A stretch of DNA of 64,000 bases from Tubiluchus corallicola (lineage: Eukaryota; Animalia; Priapulida), in contig JAQGDQ010000224.1 in NCBI GenBank assembly GCA_030141605.1, forward strand, positions 186,001 through 250,000, written 5' to 3'. Each line of letters opens with the position of its first letter. Within the stretch, counting starts at the first letter, position 1. The notes below the pieces were generated by a model. That model saw nothing but the letters and a program-made list of their open reading frames with translations. It ran no database searches and was not told the origin of the DNA. The translations under genes were made by a program, and so were the position numbers. Below, piece after piece: positions 53,452-64,000 of this stretch.

Positions 53452-55869
53452 ACAACTGGGAACTGCATCATAAATGAAACAACTGTAAAGGCACTACGTA
53501 ACATGTTGAAAATGTGAGACTACAATAAAAATTTTATTGACATTATACATTACGTGTACTTACAGCAATAAATGTTAGGAATTTTAAACTGTGTGTATTT
53601 TTATTATAACTGTATAATATAATATACAGTAATATACATAATAGAATATATCCAACTTTCCCTTTTCTCTTTGTTATATTTACAACTTTTTCAATTAATT
53701 GTTGTACTTATTCAAGGTTGTTTCGTACTCTTACAAATCCTGCGTCGTTTGATATGATTTTTGCTTGTTTTACATTAACTACTTTTAATACTTTTATAAG
53801 GATTTTAATATGAAAGGTATTTTTTACTGTTTTTCAAATAAATTACAGACCTAACTGTTTTATCATGTTTACTTGTTTATTGCTTCCCATCCCTGCAGTG
53901 ACATCAACGTACGTTCTATCTGGCTAGCATTTAGTCTCAAATCTGGTGCCCTATTGCAAAGTACGCTTGTAAAAAGAATTATATTTCAGGGGCAAAATGA
54001 AATGTAATTTCAAATGAGCACCAACCTCAATTTTGAGAGTTATGGTTCAGTTACAAAACTGATCGGTTTCGTCGAATTCCTGCAATGTTTGTCTATATGC
54101 ATTTGTCATCTATCATAGATAACAAAATTAATGCCTGCATGTGTACCGGCAGTATAGGCGCTCATACAGGTGGTACATGAATATGCAAGCAGACGACTAA
54201 ATAACAATGTGAATCTTTGCTAATGCATCTTTCTAAACGCAGTTTCTAATTATTTTAGTCACTCTCTATTTTGATCTTAGTTCCTATTTATTTTTAAATT
54301 TCTAGCTGTGTTTGAATTGTATAGCGTAAAAATGATTTAAGTGAAATGAGGTGTTGCAATGTTTCCTTTAGTAAAGGCAAGTGTACATGGGGGGCATGCC
54401 GACTCTCGAATGTGGAACCGGATATACGACTGTTTTTACGTTGCATATCAAATGCAGATTATTAAACTAACTTGAGGCGTGTCTGTACCCAACATGTATA
54501 TACAATTGTGATTATTGCGATGTGTGGCGCGATAACAGTATTGTAAAAGTTACTGGGCGCAATTTACCACAGCACACTGCACCATTTACATCTTCATGTC
54601 TTGAACCCTTTTGTAACAGGGCACGAGTTACCTTCACTCGACTTCCACATAAACTCCATTAGTAGCACAATTCATTGGTTTTCCTTGTTGATGATTATTC
54701 TTTTAACAATGATATTGACCAGGGCAATTTTTCCTTCACTTATACTATGCGACCCCACTAACCCATGTAGCACACAACTAATAGGTCCCGCCTATAATGG
54801 CCCAGCACAAAATCACACATGCACTTATCCCATTATGGCACACATTGCACAAAAACCTCAAAGTAGTTAAAAGAATTAGAATTGTTATTAAATTTACCTT
54901 AAGCATGCTATTGAACAAACAATGCAAAAACTTATGCATAGAATGTGTTGACCCATCATCATAATTACCAGGAAGATAACATTGTGTTGTTACTAGACAA
55001 ATTAATGGCAATATTAGAGAAAAGTTATCAAGAGTGCATGAAAAGGTCTTTCTATCATTCCTGCACGTTTTCTTTTCGCTCTTTTGCTCTTTTCTCCTCG
55101 TTCCTCTCTCTCACGACTGACTCGATCCCTCACTTTCCAGGAGGGGACAGTGTGAAATAGGTGGAAATCCAGCATGAAAATGAGGAGGTAATTGAACGAG
55201 AAGTGTTAGAATGGTAGTGTTATGACAGTGACTAAGAGAGAGCCTTCAATTTGATGAAGTTAATGCATCATCACATAGAAGTCATAATAGTATTTCCAGT
55301 GGATAGATATAGCTAGAATAAGAAAAAAGTAGAAAAAGAGGCATCCAATGATTGACATTTACATTGCATTACTGTATAGAAAAGAAATGATTGTTGCGAC
55401 TTGCGAGTAGATGATAGCAAATTATTATCTTGAAGTGGTATTGTTATAATACACATTATCATACATCCATACTACAGCACATGTACAAAGTAATTACTCA
55501 GATTATTACTATTAGTAACACAACAAACCAAAAAAAGTGAATCAACATTGGGACTTTTTCACTTAACATGCTCTAAAATTGAATTTAGGTTCCTCACCAA
55601 ATTTAATCCAGCTTATTATTATACTTTCATATTACTTAATGCATAGAAAAAATTATTGCAATATTATTTTAATTGAACAATTTGTTACAAACCCACAATT
55701 AATTGAAATTTGATACGATAATTTCAAAATGCTGCAGGAATGACGAATTAGTTTTAAAGTTATACGAGTGAGTGAATGTGGTATATTTTGGGCTGGTCAT
55801 GCATCGCATTATTTCTCTGCATGAACTCACCAGCAGTCGCGCAATTGCGGCACATTGTAATAAACCGCA

Positions 55870-56570
55870 TGTTACAAAGATGGGTGCTTGTCTGTGTTAC
55901 AAACTTTCTTTTTCCCGTATGCTTGCTACCTAGGAAAAGTGCAAGCATGCATTAACACGAAAGTTTGTGATGAGCAAGCATCTATATGGTTAGATAACGA
56001 ATGAGCTCAGTTACCAAAATGTGTTTTCCTGGGGTGTTACAAACTTTTTTGCTACCACCAACAGCACTTCAAATATGGAACACTTGAGTCAAGTGTGATA
56101 CTTGGGAAAAGTGCGTGCATACGAGAACACGAAAGCTTGCAAAAGGCAGACATCCATATTTCAGATAACAATAGTGAGTTAGTGAACAAAATATATCCTC
56201 GATGAGATGTTACAAATTTTTCTTTGTCTACACCTGCACTTTAAACGTGAAATACATGTGGAATGTGAAACTCGGTGGGGGGGAAGTACAAGCATACGGG
56301 AACACGGAAGTTTGTAACAGGCATGCACCCATTGTGGTCAGATAGCTACTGAGCTAGTGAACAATAATATATGTTTTTCCTGAGGTGTTACAAACTTTTA
56401 TTGACTAAATCAACACTGCAAACATGAAACACTCATGTCAAGTGTGAAACTTATAAAAAGTGCGGGCTTAGAGTTAAATAGCTCATGAGCTGGTGAACAA
56501 TATGTATCCTCGCTGAAGTGTTACAAACTTTTCCTTGGTTACAGCAGCACTTGTACATGCAGGCACTCAC
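55870..56570. repeat. Degenerate ~135-180 bp tandem repeat
   Basis: GTTACAAA(C/T)TTT recurs at ~55896, 56036, 56209, 56387 and 56520, with shared AACACG.AAG and CAGATA motifs. Confidence 0.65.
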
Positions 56571-56800
56571 ACGAATGCAAGAGCAGACAGCTAAACGACA
56601 ATATAAATCTTCACTGAGGATAGTAAGCAATTTTATTGCCAGCATACCGCATTTTTCAAAACACAATTGCTTTAATCGCCGTCTACAATTTTGATTATAG
56701 TTCCTATTATTTTATTTTTAAATCTCGCAAATAAACGAGGATTGAAGTGAATTAAGATTTTGCAAGGTTTCCTTTAGTGGGGGGAAAGTATTTTTGAGGC

Positions 56801-57573
56801 TGTTGGGAGCCGAGTGGACCACTGCGCCAAGTAGACCACTTGATGCGCTAAAAGTAGTGTCCTACATGGGCAGACCCAAGTAGGACACTGGCGATTTTTG
56901 TCGAGAATCGGCAATTTTGTCAAATTTTTGAAAATTCTGTGAAAGTTTCTTCATTTTATTATTTACAGAAATAATTGCAAATTTAAAAATAAGACAGATG
57001 CTGCTAAGCCTTCACAACACCAAAAAGTAATTTTTAACATTTAAGAAAAGCAAGGATAAGTAGTTTTAATATTATCAGTAGTATTGTAACATGTAGGGCA
57101 CTGTCCTACATGGCTCGCTAGCCCATGTAGGACACATAGATTGCTAGAACGTTTACTTATAAGAAAACAATTATTTGCCCAAGAGGTAGTGAAACGGATC
57201 ACCTGTTTGTGAAGTGAGACAAAATCAAAAATGATATACCTTAAACAAATTTTGTATTCGCAAAAAAGTGGTTTTTTTCACTTCAACAACATTAATATCG
57301 AAACCAAATTTAATACTGTCCGTTCTACCAGCTCAGAATAAAATTCTTTTATTTTATTAGATGTAAAATAAATTATTCAACGTGTACTAACGTTTTTAAT
57401 TATTATTATTACATAAACAAGCACAACGGACGGCCTCAGTACACTTAACGACTCAATTCGCGACCTGTCTCTAGTGTCCTACTTGGGCAGCCCAAGTAGA
57501 CCGCAATCTACTTGGGCTAGCCCAAGTAGACCAATTGGTCTACTTGGCGCAGTGGTCCACTCGGCTCCCAACA
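56801..57573. mobile_element. Young MITE with TGT...ACA termini and 5-bp TSD (Ginger-like)
   Basis: Perfect 38-bp TIR TGTTGGGAGCCGAGTGGACCACTGCGCCAAGTAGACCA, TSD GAGGC on both sides. Confidence 0.9.
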
Positions 57574-58249
57574 GAGGCCATGCCGAATCTCGATTGCGCA
57601 TTTTTGACTGTTATTACGTTCACTAGTGAATATACCTCGAATTTCAAACCGCTTCAGGCGGGTGTGTTACAGGTGTTATATTATAACAAACTATATTATG
57701 TCATAGTATCATCTATGAAACTGATGTAGTTAGTGTGGCACAGCTCGGCTTAAGGGTATGATATTAGGTTAAAGTGCCACCTATCATTGACTTCTGCAAC
57801 TAACTTTATTTTGCTTTATTTTTACATAAAAAAAATGTTGGGTTCAGCTTTGACAATATCTTGAGGCTACTTGTAATTCAAATTTAAACTGAGTAAAAGC
57901 AACAACAAGTGAACTAAGATTAAAAATAATTTATTCTATTGGCTTTACTATAAAATACAGCTAATTTTAGTTAGGTAAAATCCACAATCATCAATACTAT
58001 TCTTGTTTCTAGTTAAAGAAATCTTCTGTAGCAATTGCAATTGGTCATGCAAAGAATGCTAGAGTCCAGGTTTCAGTAAGATTAAGCAGTTGCAATTTTC
58101 ATGCCAGTCCTGTGTATAGGTACTATGTTCCTGTTCCACATTTAACTAAAAGTGAGCAAAACTATGATCCAGTCTCTTCTTTCACTTATTTGTATAAGAT
58201 CTCGAATAACCCCGGATCAATAGCTAGCTGACTTGTGATCTGCAACTTT

Positions 58250-59000
58250 TTTTTAAGTGGAACTTTTTCATTCCAGGAATTTTCTGCAACTTTTCTATTC
58301 TGCAACTCTTTAAATTCTGCAACTCTTTAAGTTCTGCAACTCTTTAAATTCTGCAACTCTTTTCAATTCTGCAACTCTTTTCAATTCTGCAACTCTTTTA
58401 ATTCTGGAACTCTTCTATTCTGCAACTCTTTTCAATTCTGCAACTCTTTTAATTCTGGAACTCTTCTATTCTGCAACTCTTTTAATCCTGGAACTCTTTT
58501 ATTCTGGAACTCTTCTATTCTGCAACTCTTTTAATTCTGGAACTCTTTTAATTCCTGGAACTCTTTTAATTCTGCAACTCTTTTAATTCTGGAACTCTTT
58601 CATTCCAAGAATTTTCTGCAACTCTTTTAATTCCAGGAAATTTCTGCAACTCTTTTAATTCCAGGAAATTTCTGCAACTCTTTTAATTCCAGGAAATTTC
58701 TGCAACTCTTTTAATTCCAGGAAATTTCTGCAACTCTTTTAATTCCAGGAAATTTCTGCAACTCTTTTAATTCCTGGAAATTACTGGAACTCTTTTGATC
58801 TTGGATTTTCCTGGAACTCTCAGCAACTCTTTTAAATCTTGGATTTTCCTGGAACTCTCAGCAACTCTTTTAAATCTTGGATTTTCCTGGAACTCTTTTT
58901 GTCTCTGCAACTGCTTCAATCCTGAAACCCTTTTCTAGCTTCTCTTTTGGTTTCTAGAACCTAGTGTTTCTGAAACTCTTTTCATTTCTGGAACTCTTTT
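58250..59000. repeat. Compound tandem repeat inside the LTR built on CTGCAACTCTTT/CTGGAACTCTTT
   Basis: Dozens of short units, including near-perfect 28-bp units TTCTGCAACTCTTTTAATTCCAGGAAAT at ~58615-58770. Confidence 0.85.
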
Positions 59001-59175
59001 CTAGGTTCTAGATTCCTGACACATCCTAGCTAGTTTTGAAAGCTAGCTTTATCTAGTAAGTTAAAACTTACTTCTCATCCTGCTTCTTTTCCATGTTTAG
59101 ATGAATCTTCAGTTGCTGTAGCTCTTTATCACTTTGAAAATGTTCGGATGTGTGTGGTCAATGGCCTGGCCCTCC

Positions 59176-59185
59176 CTTTATATAG
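59176..59185 (-). promoter_or_regulatory. LTR TATA box
   Basis: CTATATAAAG on the minus strand in a GC-richer context, ~85 nt upstream of the first ATG (59094). Confidence 0.6.
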
Positions 59186-60032
59186 CCGCCTGAGCGTCGG
59201 CGTCGCTAAGTTACCATGGATTGTGCATTGTAACCGAGGGGTGGGCTGTTCATTACACTTTGTTACTTTCAGTCTTCTAATTATAATTTCATCAATTTGT
59301 TTTGCTCTTTTTTTAACAGCGCATATGTTTGTCTACATTTAATCTAATTTATCAGCTTATGTTTGATCCTTTTTGTTTTTATTTTCTTGTTTTCCAAACC
59401 GGGAATTCACCGGGTTCTAAAGTTTCATCGCCCTGTGTTTATCTTTCGGTCAGCATCTGGTGTGCTCGCCGAATAGCGAAGATGTGCATAACATAAGAGC
59501 ATCCATAATGGCTGCGTCCATAGTGCGTGTAAACAATATTAAAATTCCGATGATTATATTTTTTTTAGAGAATATTACAATTCCCCCTTTCTTAAAACTG
59601 CACCTGCCCTCAGGTGCTCTGTCTCCTGTCAGCATCAGGTATGCTTACCAAACTATTGTTGAGTTTTGTTGACTGCTCCTTTAAAATTTTTTTTTTTTGT
59701 TTCTTTGCCATCCTGATATTGAAATCCAATACAGCTTATATACTTACTAAACTGAATACAGCTTTATTTACTTGTAAAATATAACGGAATTTTTATACAT
59801 CCATACATATTCTTGATAGCACCATTCTAGTAAACAATATAAGTAAATAAGCAAGTATATAATACTGGAACAACCCGTTGTAGATATGCTGATATATTCC
59901 TTCAAATGATATATATATATATATAAAAGATATATAATTTTTAATCTAATTTATCTAGGAAATATTGGAATGTATATATGAACGTAGGTTGAACGTAGGT
60001 ATGAATATATATTGGAACGTAGCTGCATGGCC

Positions 60033-60981
60033 TTAGTCCTCTTCACTGGAGAAGTCATCCGAGGAGACAGCTAGATCTATAGAAATATCTGTATTTGTGG
60101 GTGGCATTTGTTGTTGACCTTCAGTGTTCTTCTTTTCAGCCAACTTTTCCACCTCCTTTCTCACCAACTTGCTTACAGTTGTTTCCATTCTCTCATACAT
60201 ACGATCAACTGCCTCATTCCACTCTTTTTCTTTCTTCTCCGTAATTTCTTTACTCTTCTTCTCTAAAACTGCTTCCCACTTATTTAGAGCTGCTACCCTG
60301 CATCGCTCCTCTAGTTCCATGATCTCATTTTTTAATTTTAATATCTTTTCCCTCATGACTATCTGATCTAGCTCTGTGCATGGAGGTGGAGCTTTTCGTG
60401 GCACCTTGTCCGACTGCGGTGCAAGGAATACTGGCAGATTTTTCGACTGTGTTTCCTTGTATGGTTTATAGTGTGGTAAGGCAGGTCTAGTTGGTTTTCT
60501 AACTTGGTTGGTCAGGTTATGGGTGCTGTTCTGCCTCACAATACTTCTGCTTCTGAAATTTCTGAAGGTTGAGTTGCTTGTTGGTGGCTTGAAGGCCCTG
60601 TTCTTCGGATTACTTAACTCAGGCCTTACTGTAACTGGGGAAGTTCCTCTTTTTGTTTTGGGTGATTTTGCTGTTTTGATTTTGCTTTCCTGTTCCGACC
60701 TCTGATTATGACTCTTTAAATCTCGCTCTTTCTTCCCGTCTTTTCTTTCCAGACTGCTGTCACTAGTTGTACTCCATTTGGAGCGGCTCAATCTTGGTGA
60801 TCCTTCTGGTGACAGAGGTCTTTTATCAACAGAGGTTGCCTGAGGTGGCCTTTCAAGACGCTTAGTTGGCCAAGTAGCGGGAATTTGTCTACTCCCATGA
60901 CATGCCTTCCAGTGTTTTGACATATAGGCAGTCCTTTGAGACCTATAGTCACAGTTTGTACAACAGTACACTGTCTCCCTC
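60033..60981 (-). CDS. Retrotransposon third ORF: C2H2-type zinc finger, basic low-complexity region, coiled coil, acidic tail; probably a spliced exon
   Basis: Open frame of ~315 codons between pol and the PPT, with CTNCDYRSQRTAYMSKHWKACH. It is preceded by the acceptor TTTTGTCTATTTTAG (AG at 60983-60982). No obvious signal peptide or transmembrane segment. Confidence 0.75.
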
Positions 60982-61352
60982 CTAAAATAGACAAAATAAC
61001 AGTGTTTTAATAACTTCATTTTCCACGGTTACGTTTTTTTTTTACTAAGGTACCTTTGCCTATTTCTTTTTTTTCTACATTGTAATTGTAATAAGTGACA
61101 CATTTCTAAGTGACATGTGATTATCAAGTGTCACTAACTCATACTTTTCTATATTTTTTTTTCTTATGCTGGATGCAGTTTAATGCCTTGCCCAGGGCAA
61201 CTAATCCAGATAACAGCTTTTAACAGAAAATTAATGCAGCAGCAGAGGAAAGGAAGAAAATATGGTTAAGTTATAGGTCAAGTCTGTTTGGAGGTTTCCT
61301 CATCCGCTGTCCTCTTCCTAGCATTGTGTCAGAAGTGCTACTGGACGGTTCA

Positions 61353-64000
61353 TCATTTTTTTTCTTGAATTGTGGTAGTTCCTGTTGTATACATTTCTTC
61401 TTTCTCTGCTACTTCTTCATTAACTGTAGGAAAAATTCTACTCAATTCAAATTCTTCTAGTTGCTGTTCATCATCAGAATTTGCTAGTTTCTCTATTTCT
61501 GTCCAGTCTATTGGTGGTTCATCAGTATGATAAAGCTTCAAGTTGTCAATATGAACTACTTTAACAGGAGCTTTTGCATCTCTCTGGATTTGGTATGTCA
61601 CATTATTAATCTTCTTTAGTACTAGATATGGGCCTTGCCAGCCTTGGCCTAATTTTCTCCTGGTAGCTGGTGGATACCAGTACCATACCCAGTTACCTTT
61701 ATCAATGCTAAGCCTTTTCACAAATTGATCATAATCTCGTTTTTGTCTTTCTGCAGCTTTTCCCAGTGATTCTCGAGCAAAATTGTGTGCCTCTTTTATA
61801 ACATCTCTTATCCATTCTACGTATTCCTGTGGACACTGTGTAGGTCTTTCTGGCTGTGGTGGAGGTCCCACCATCACATCTAATGGCAAATGGTTTTCCC
61901 TACCAAACATCATTAAGTTTGGCGAGCAATTGGTAGACGCATGTGCGGTTGCCCTGTATGCCATCATGACATAAGGGAGGTGGTCATCCCAGTCATCACG
62001 ATGATCGTTAACAAATATAGCCAGCATTTGCTGTAATGTCCTCATAAATCTCTCAACGAGACCATCTGATTGTGGATGATACGGGGTTGTCCTTGTTTTG
62101 TCAATCTGCAAAGCAGCACACATTTCTTGAAATAACTTTGACTCAAAGTCTGGCCCTTGGTCACTATGTATTTGAATTGGTACTCCAAACCTGCATATAA
62201 ATTCGGTCACCAACACATCTGCAACAGTATATGCCTCGTGATTAGGAAGTGCATAGGCTTCGGCCCATTTTGTAAAATAGTCACAGACGACCATCACCAC
62301 CTTATTTTTCTTATCAGTCTCTTCTAGTGGTCCTAAAATGTCTATTGCTATTCTTTCAAATGGTCCAGTTGCCCTCTGTTGTTGCAGTTTACCTCTTTTT
62401 GGTCCTTTTCCAGGTTTTCTTCTGGCACAAGCAGCACAATATAGGCACCATCTTTTAATGTCTGCCTGATAACCTGGCCAGTAATACCGTTGCTTTAATA
62501 ATGACAGACTCCTCTGTATTCCTTGGTGTGCACCAGTTCTGGTTTCATGCAAAGCTCTAAATAATTTCCTTCGTAATGCAGTTGGTACAACCATCTGGTA
62601 TACAGGAGCACTTGGTGTTACATCTGTTTCCCACTTCTTGTACAGCAATCCATCTCGTACCTCTAATACATCAAACAAGTTCCAGTATGCCTTGAAATCT
62701 GGGTGTTTATCTTTCACATCTTTCCAGCTGGGTCGGTCCAAATCTTCTTCTTTCAACTCCTTGAATAACAAAACTGCTTCCTCTTCCTGTTGCATGTTAA
62801 TAACATCTTCTCTTGACAAATCTAAAACAAACTTTTTCTCTTCTTCATCTTCTACCTCTATTTCTTGACTTGCCAATATTCTGCTGGGAGCCACTACAAA
62901 ACATGAACCATGCGCTGCTTCCTCAGCCATATAGGGAGCCTCTCCTAAACACAAATCGTGCGCTGCTTCTTCCATATGAGGAGGAGCCTCTACCAAACAC
63001 GATTTCTGCGCTGCTTCCCTGATATCACCAGGAGCCTCTACAGAACACAAGTCGTGCGCTGCATCCTTTCCACAAGTAGGTGCCTCTGTTATGCACAGTC
63101 TGTGCGCTGCTTCCTGGTCTTCATAAACATTGTCAAGTCCATCTTCCCCCTTTCTGGAATTACCTTCCATGCATAAGCATTCTTTTCTACATCTTACTTT
63201 ACCTTTTCTGAAACTACTGCTTTCCTCTTCTCCATTTCCAGCTGGTATTGCATAGATAAAATCACACTCAGCATTGTTTGGAACTTTTAAAATATCGTTA
63301 CGTGTCCTCTTGCTAATTTCTTTAGAACTGTGGGCTTCTTTCGTGCCTTTATGCCTGTCGTCATTACAGTCCTCTCTTGGGCATTTGCTAACCCTTGTAT
63401 TTGGTTTTCTGGATAATCCATCAGCATTCCCATGTTGTGTTCCTTTTCTATGCTCAACACTAAAATCATAAGTGTCTAAAATAGATAACCATCTTGCTAT
63501 CATACCTTCTGGGTTCTTGAAATTGATGAGCCAAGTTAGTGCTGCATGATCAGTCCGAATCCTAAAATGTCTTCCCCATAGATAATGGTGGAATTGTTTT
63601 ACAAATGTGATAACAGCCAGTAATTCTTTTTTTGTAGTACAGTACTGCCTTTGTGACTGGTTTAATGTCCTACTAGCATAAGCAATGACTTTCTCTTCAT
63701 CGACTTGTAACTGGGATAAAACAGCTCCAATCCCAGAGTTACTGGCATCTGTATCTAAGATGAATTTTCCCTCCTGTGTTGGATATGCCAATGCAGGACT
63801 TCGTGTTAAAAGATCTATTAAGGTGTTAAATGCTGCCATACATGAATCATTCCAAATAAATGTTGCTCCTTTCTTTGTCAAGGCAGTAAGGGGGTCTGCA
63901 ATTGAGGCAAAATGTGGAATGAATTTTCTATAATATAAAGCAAATCCCAAGAAGCTACGTACTTGTGTAGGTGTTTTTGGGAATGTCCAATTCTTTACAG
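61353..64000 (-). CDS. pol: Gypsy Pol polyprotein (end of RT, RNase H, integrase), 5' partial
   Basis: RSFLGFALYYRKFIPHFA, LDTDAS, YASRTL, ELLA, RTDH, GxxHGNADGLSR, integrase HHCC region, IAIDILGP, HSDQG, YHPQSDGLVER and WQGPY. The frame is open to the window end. The likely true C-terminus (RMRKPPNRLDL*) is frameshifted and ends at 61271. Confidence 0.95.
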   Translation of the reverse strand, partial: VKNWTFPKTPTQVRSFLGFALYYRKFIPHFASIADPLTALTKKGATFIWNDSCMAAFNTLIDLLTRSPALAYPTQEGKFILDTDASNSGIGAVLSQLQVDEEKVIAYASRTLNQSQRQYCTTKKELLAVITFVKQFHHYLWGRHFRIRTDHAALTWLINFKNPEGMIARWLSILDTYDFSVEHRKGTQHGNADGLSRKPNTRVSKCPREDCNDDRHKGTKEAHSSKEISKRTRNDILKVPNNAECDFIYAIPAGNGEEESSSFRKGKVRCRKECLCMEGNSRKGEDGLDNVYEDQEAAHRLCITEAPTCGKDAAHDLCSVEAPGDIREAAQKSCLVEAPPHMEEAAHDLCLGEAPYMAEEAAHGSCFVVAPSRILASQEIEVEDEEEKKFVLDLSREDVINMQQEEEAVLLFKELKEEDLDRPSWKDVKDKHPDFKAYWNLFDVLEVRDGLLYKKWETDVTPSAPVYQMVVPTALRRKLFRALHETRTGAHQGIQRSLSLLKQRYYWPGYQADIKRWCLYCAACARRKPGKGPKRGKLQQQRATGPFERIAIDILGPLEETDKKNKVVMVVCDYFTKWAEAYALPNHEAYTVADVLVTEFICRFGVPIQIHSDQGPDFESKLFQEMCAALQIDKTRTTPYHPQSDGLVERFMRTLQQMLAIFVNDHRDDWDDHLPYVMMAYRATAHASTNCSPNLMMFGRENHLPLDVMVGPPPQPERPTQCPQEYVEWIRDVIKEAHNFARESLGKAAERQKRDYDQFVKRLSIDKGNWVWYWYPPATRRKLGQGWQGPYLVLKKINNVTYQIQRDAKAPVKVVHIDNLKLYHTDEPPIDWTEIEKLANSDDEQQLEEFELSRIFPTVNEEVAEKEEMYTTGTTTIQEKK

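Larger units (their letters stand above)
57725..59579 (-). repeat. 3' long terminal repeat (~1.85 kb)
   Basis: Starts TGTAAT after the PPT and ends ACTACA at 57725 (alternative end ACTACATCA at 57722). It has a TATA box near 59180 and AATAAA near 57805-57821 on the minus strand. The second LTR is outside the window, so the distal end is inferred. Confidence 0.7.
57725..64000 (-). mobile_element. Ty3/Gypsy LTR retrotransposon, 3' half (pol, ORF3, PPT, 3' LTR)
   Basis: Pol has RT-RNaseH-integrase order. PPT AAGAAAGGGGGAA (minus, 59593-59581) is followed after one base by TG at 59579. The element continues beyond the right edge. Confidence 0.93.

Noticed and set aside
60033-61019. ORF3 as an env gene, or starting at its own ATG at 61019
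   Set aside because: No signal peptide or TM anchor. The first 12 codons overlap a pyrimidine-rich acceptor, so a spliced start is preferred, although the ATG cannot be excluded.

Overview
AT-rich, intron-rich animal (invertebrate-type) genomic DNA, not prokaryotic. It holds four spliced housekeeping genes: CAND1 (minus, runs off the left edge), CHMP4/Snf7 (minus), ADRM1/Rpn13 (plus) and Staufen (minus). The 3' half of a Ty3/Gypsy LTR retrotransposon (minus) sits at the right edge. Introns and spacers carry two large satellites (27-bp and 29-bp units) and many MITEs. Main observations: (1) The LTR carries TATA, a first ATG and a GTAAGT donor that is phase-compatible with a non-env, C2H2 zinc-finger third ORF after pol, and also with the first coding acceptor of host Staufen. 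(2) The 4.7-kb 27-bp satellite lies inside a hAT-type MITE whose unexpanded sister copy is in the same gene. (3) ADRM1 has a candidate in-frame NLS-like cassette exon. (4) Splice sites are tandemly duplicated in CAND1 and Staufen. Exon coordinates were read by eye, and all splicing claims need RNA evidence.
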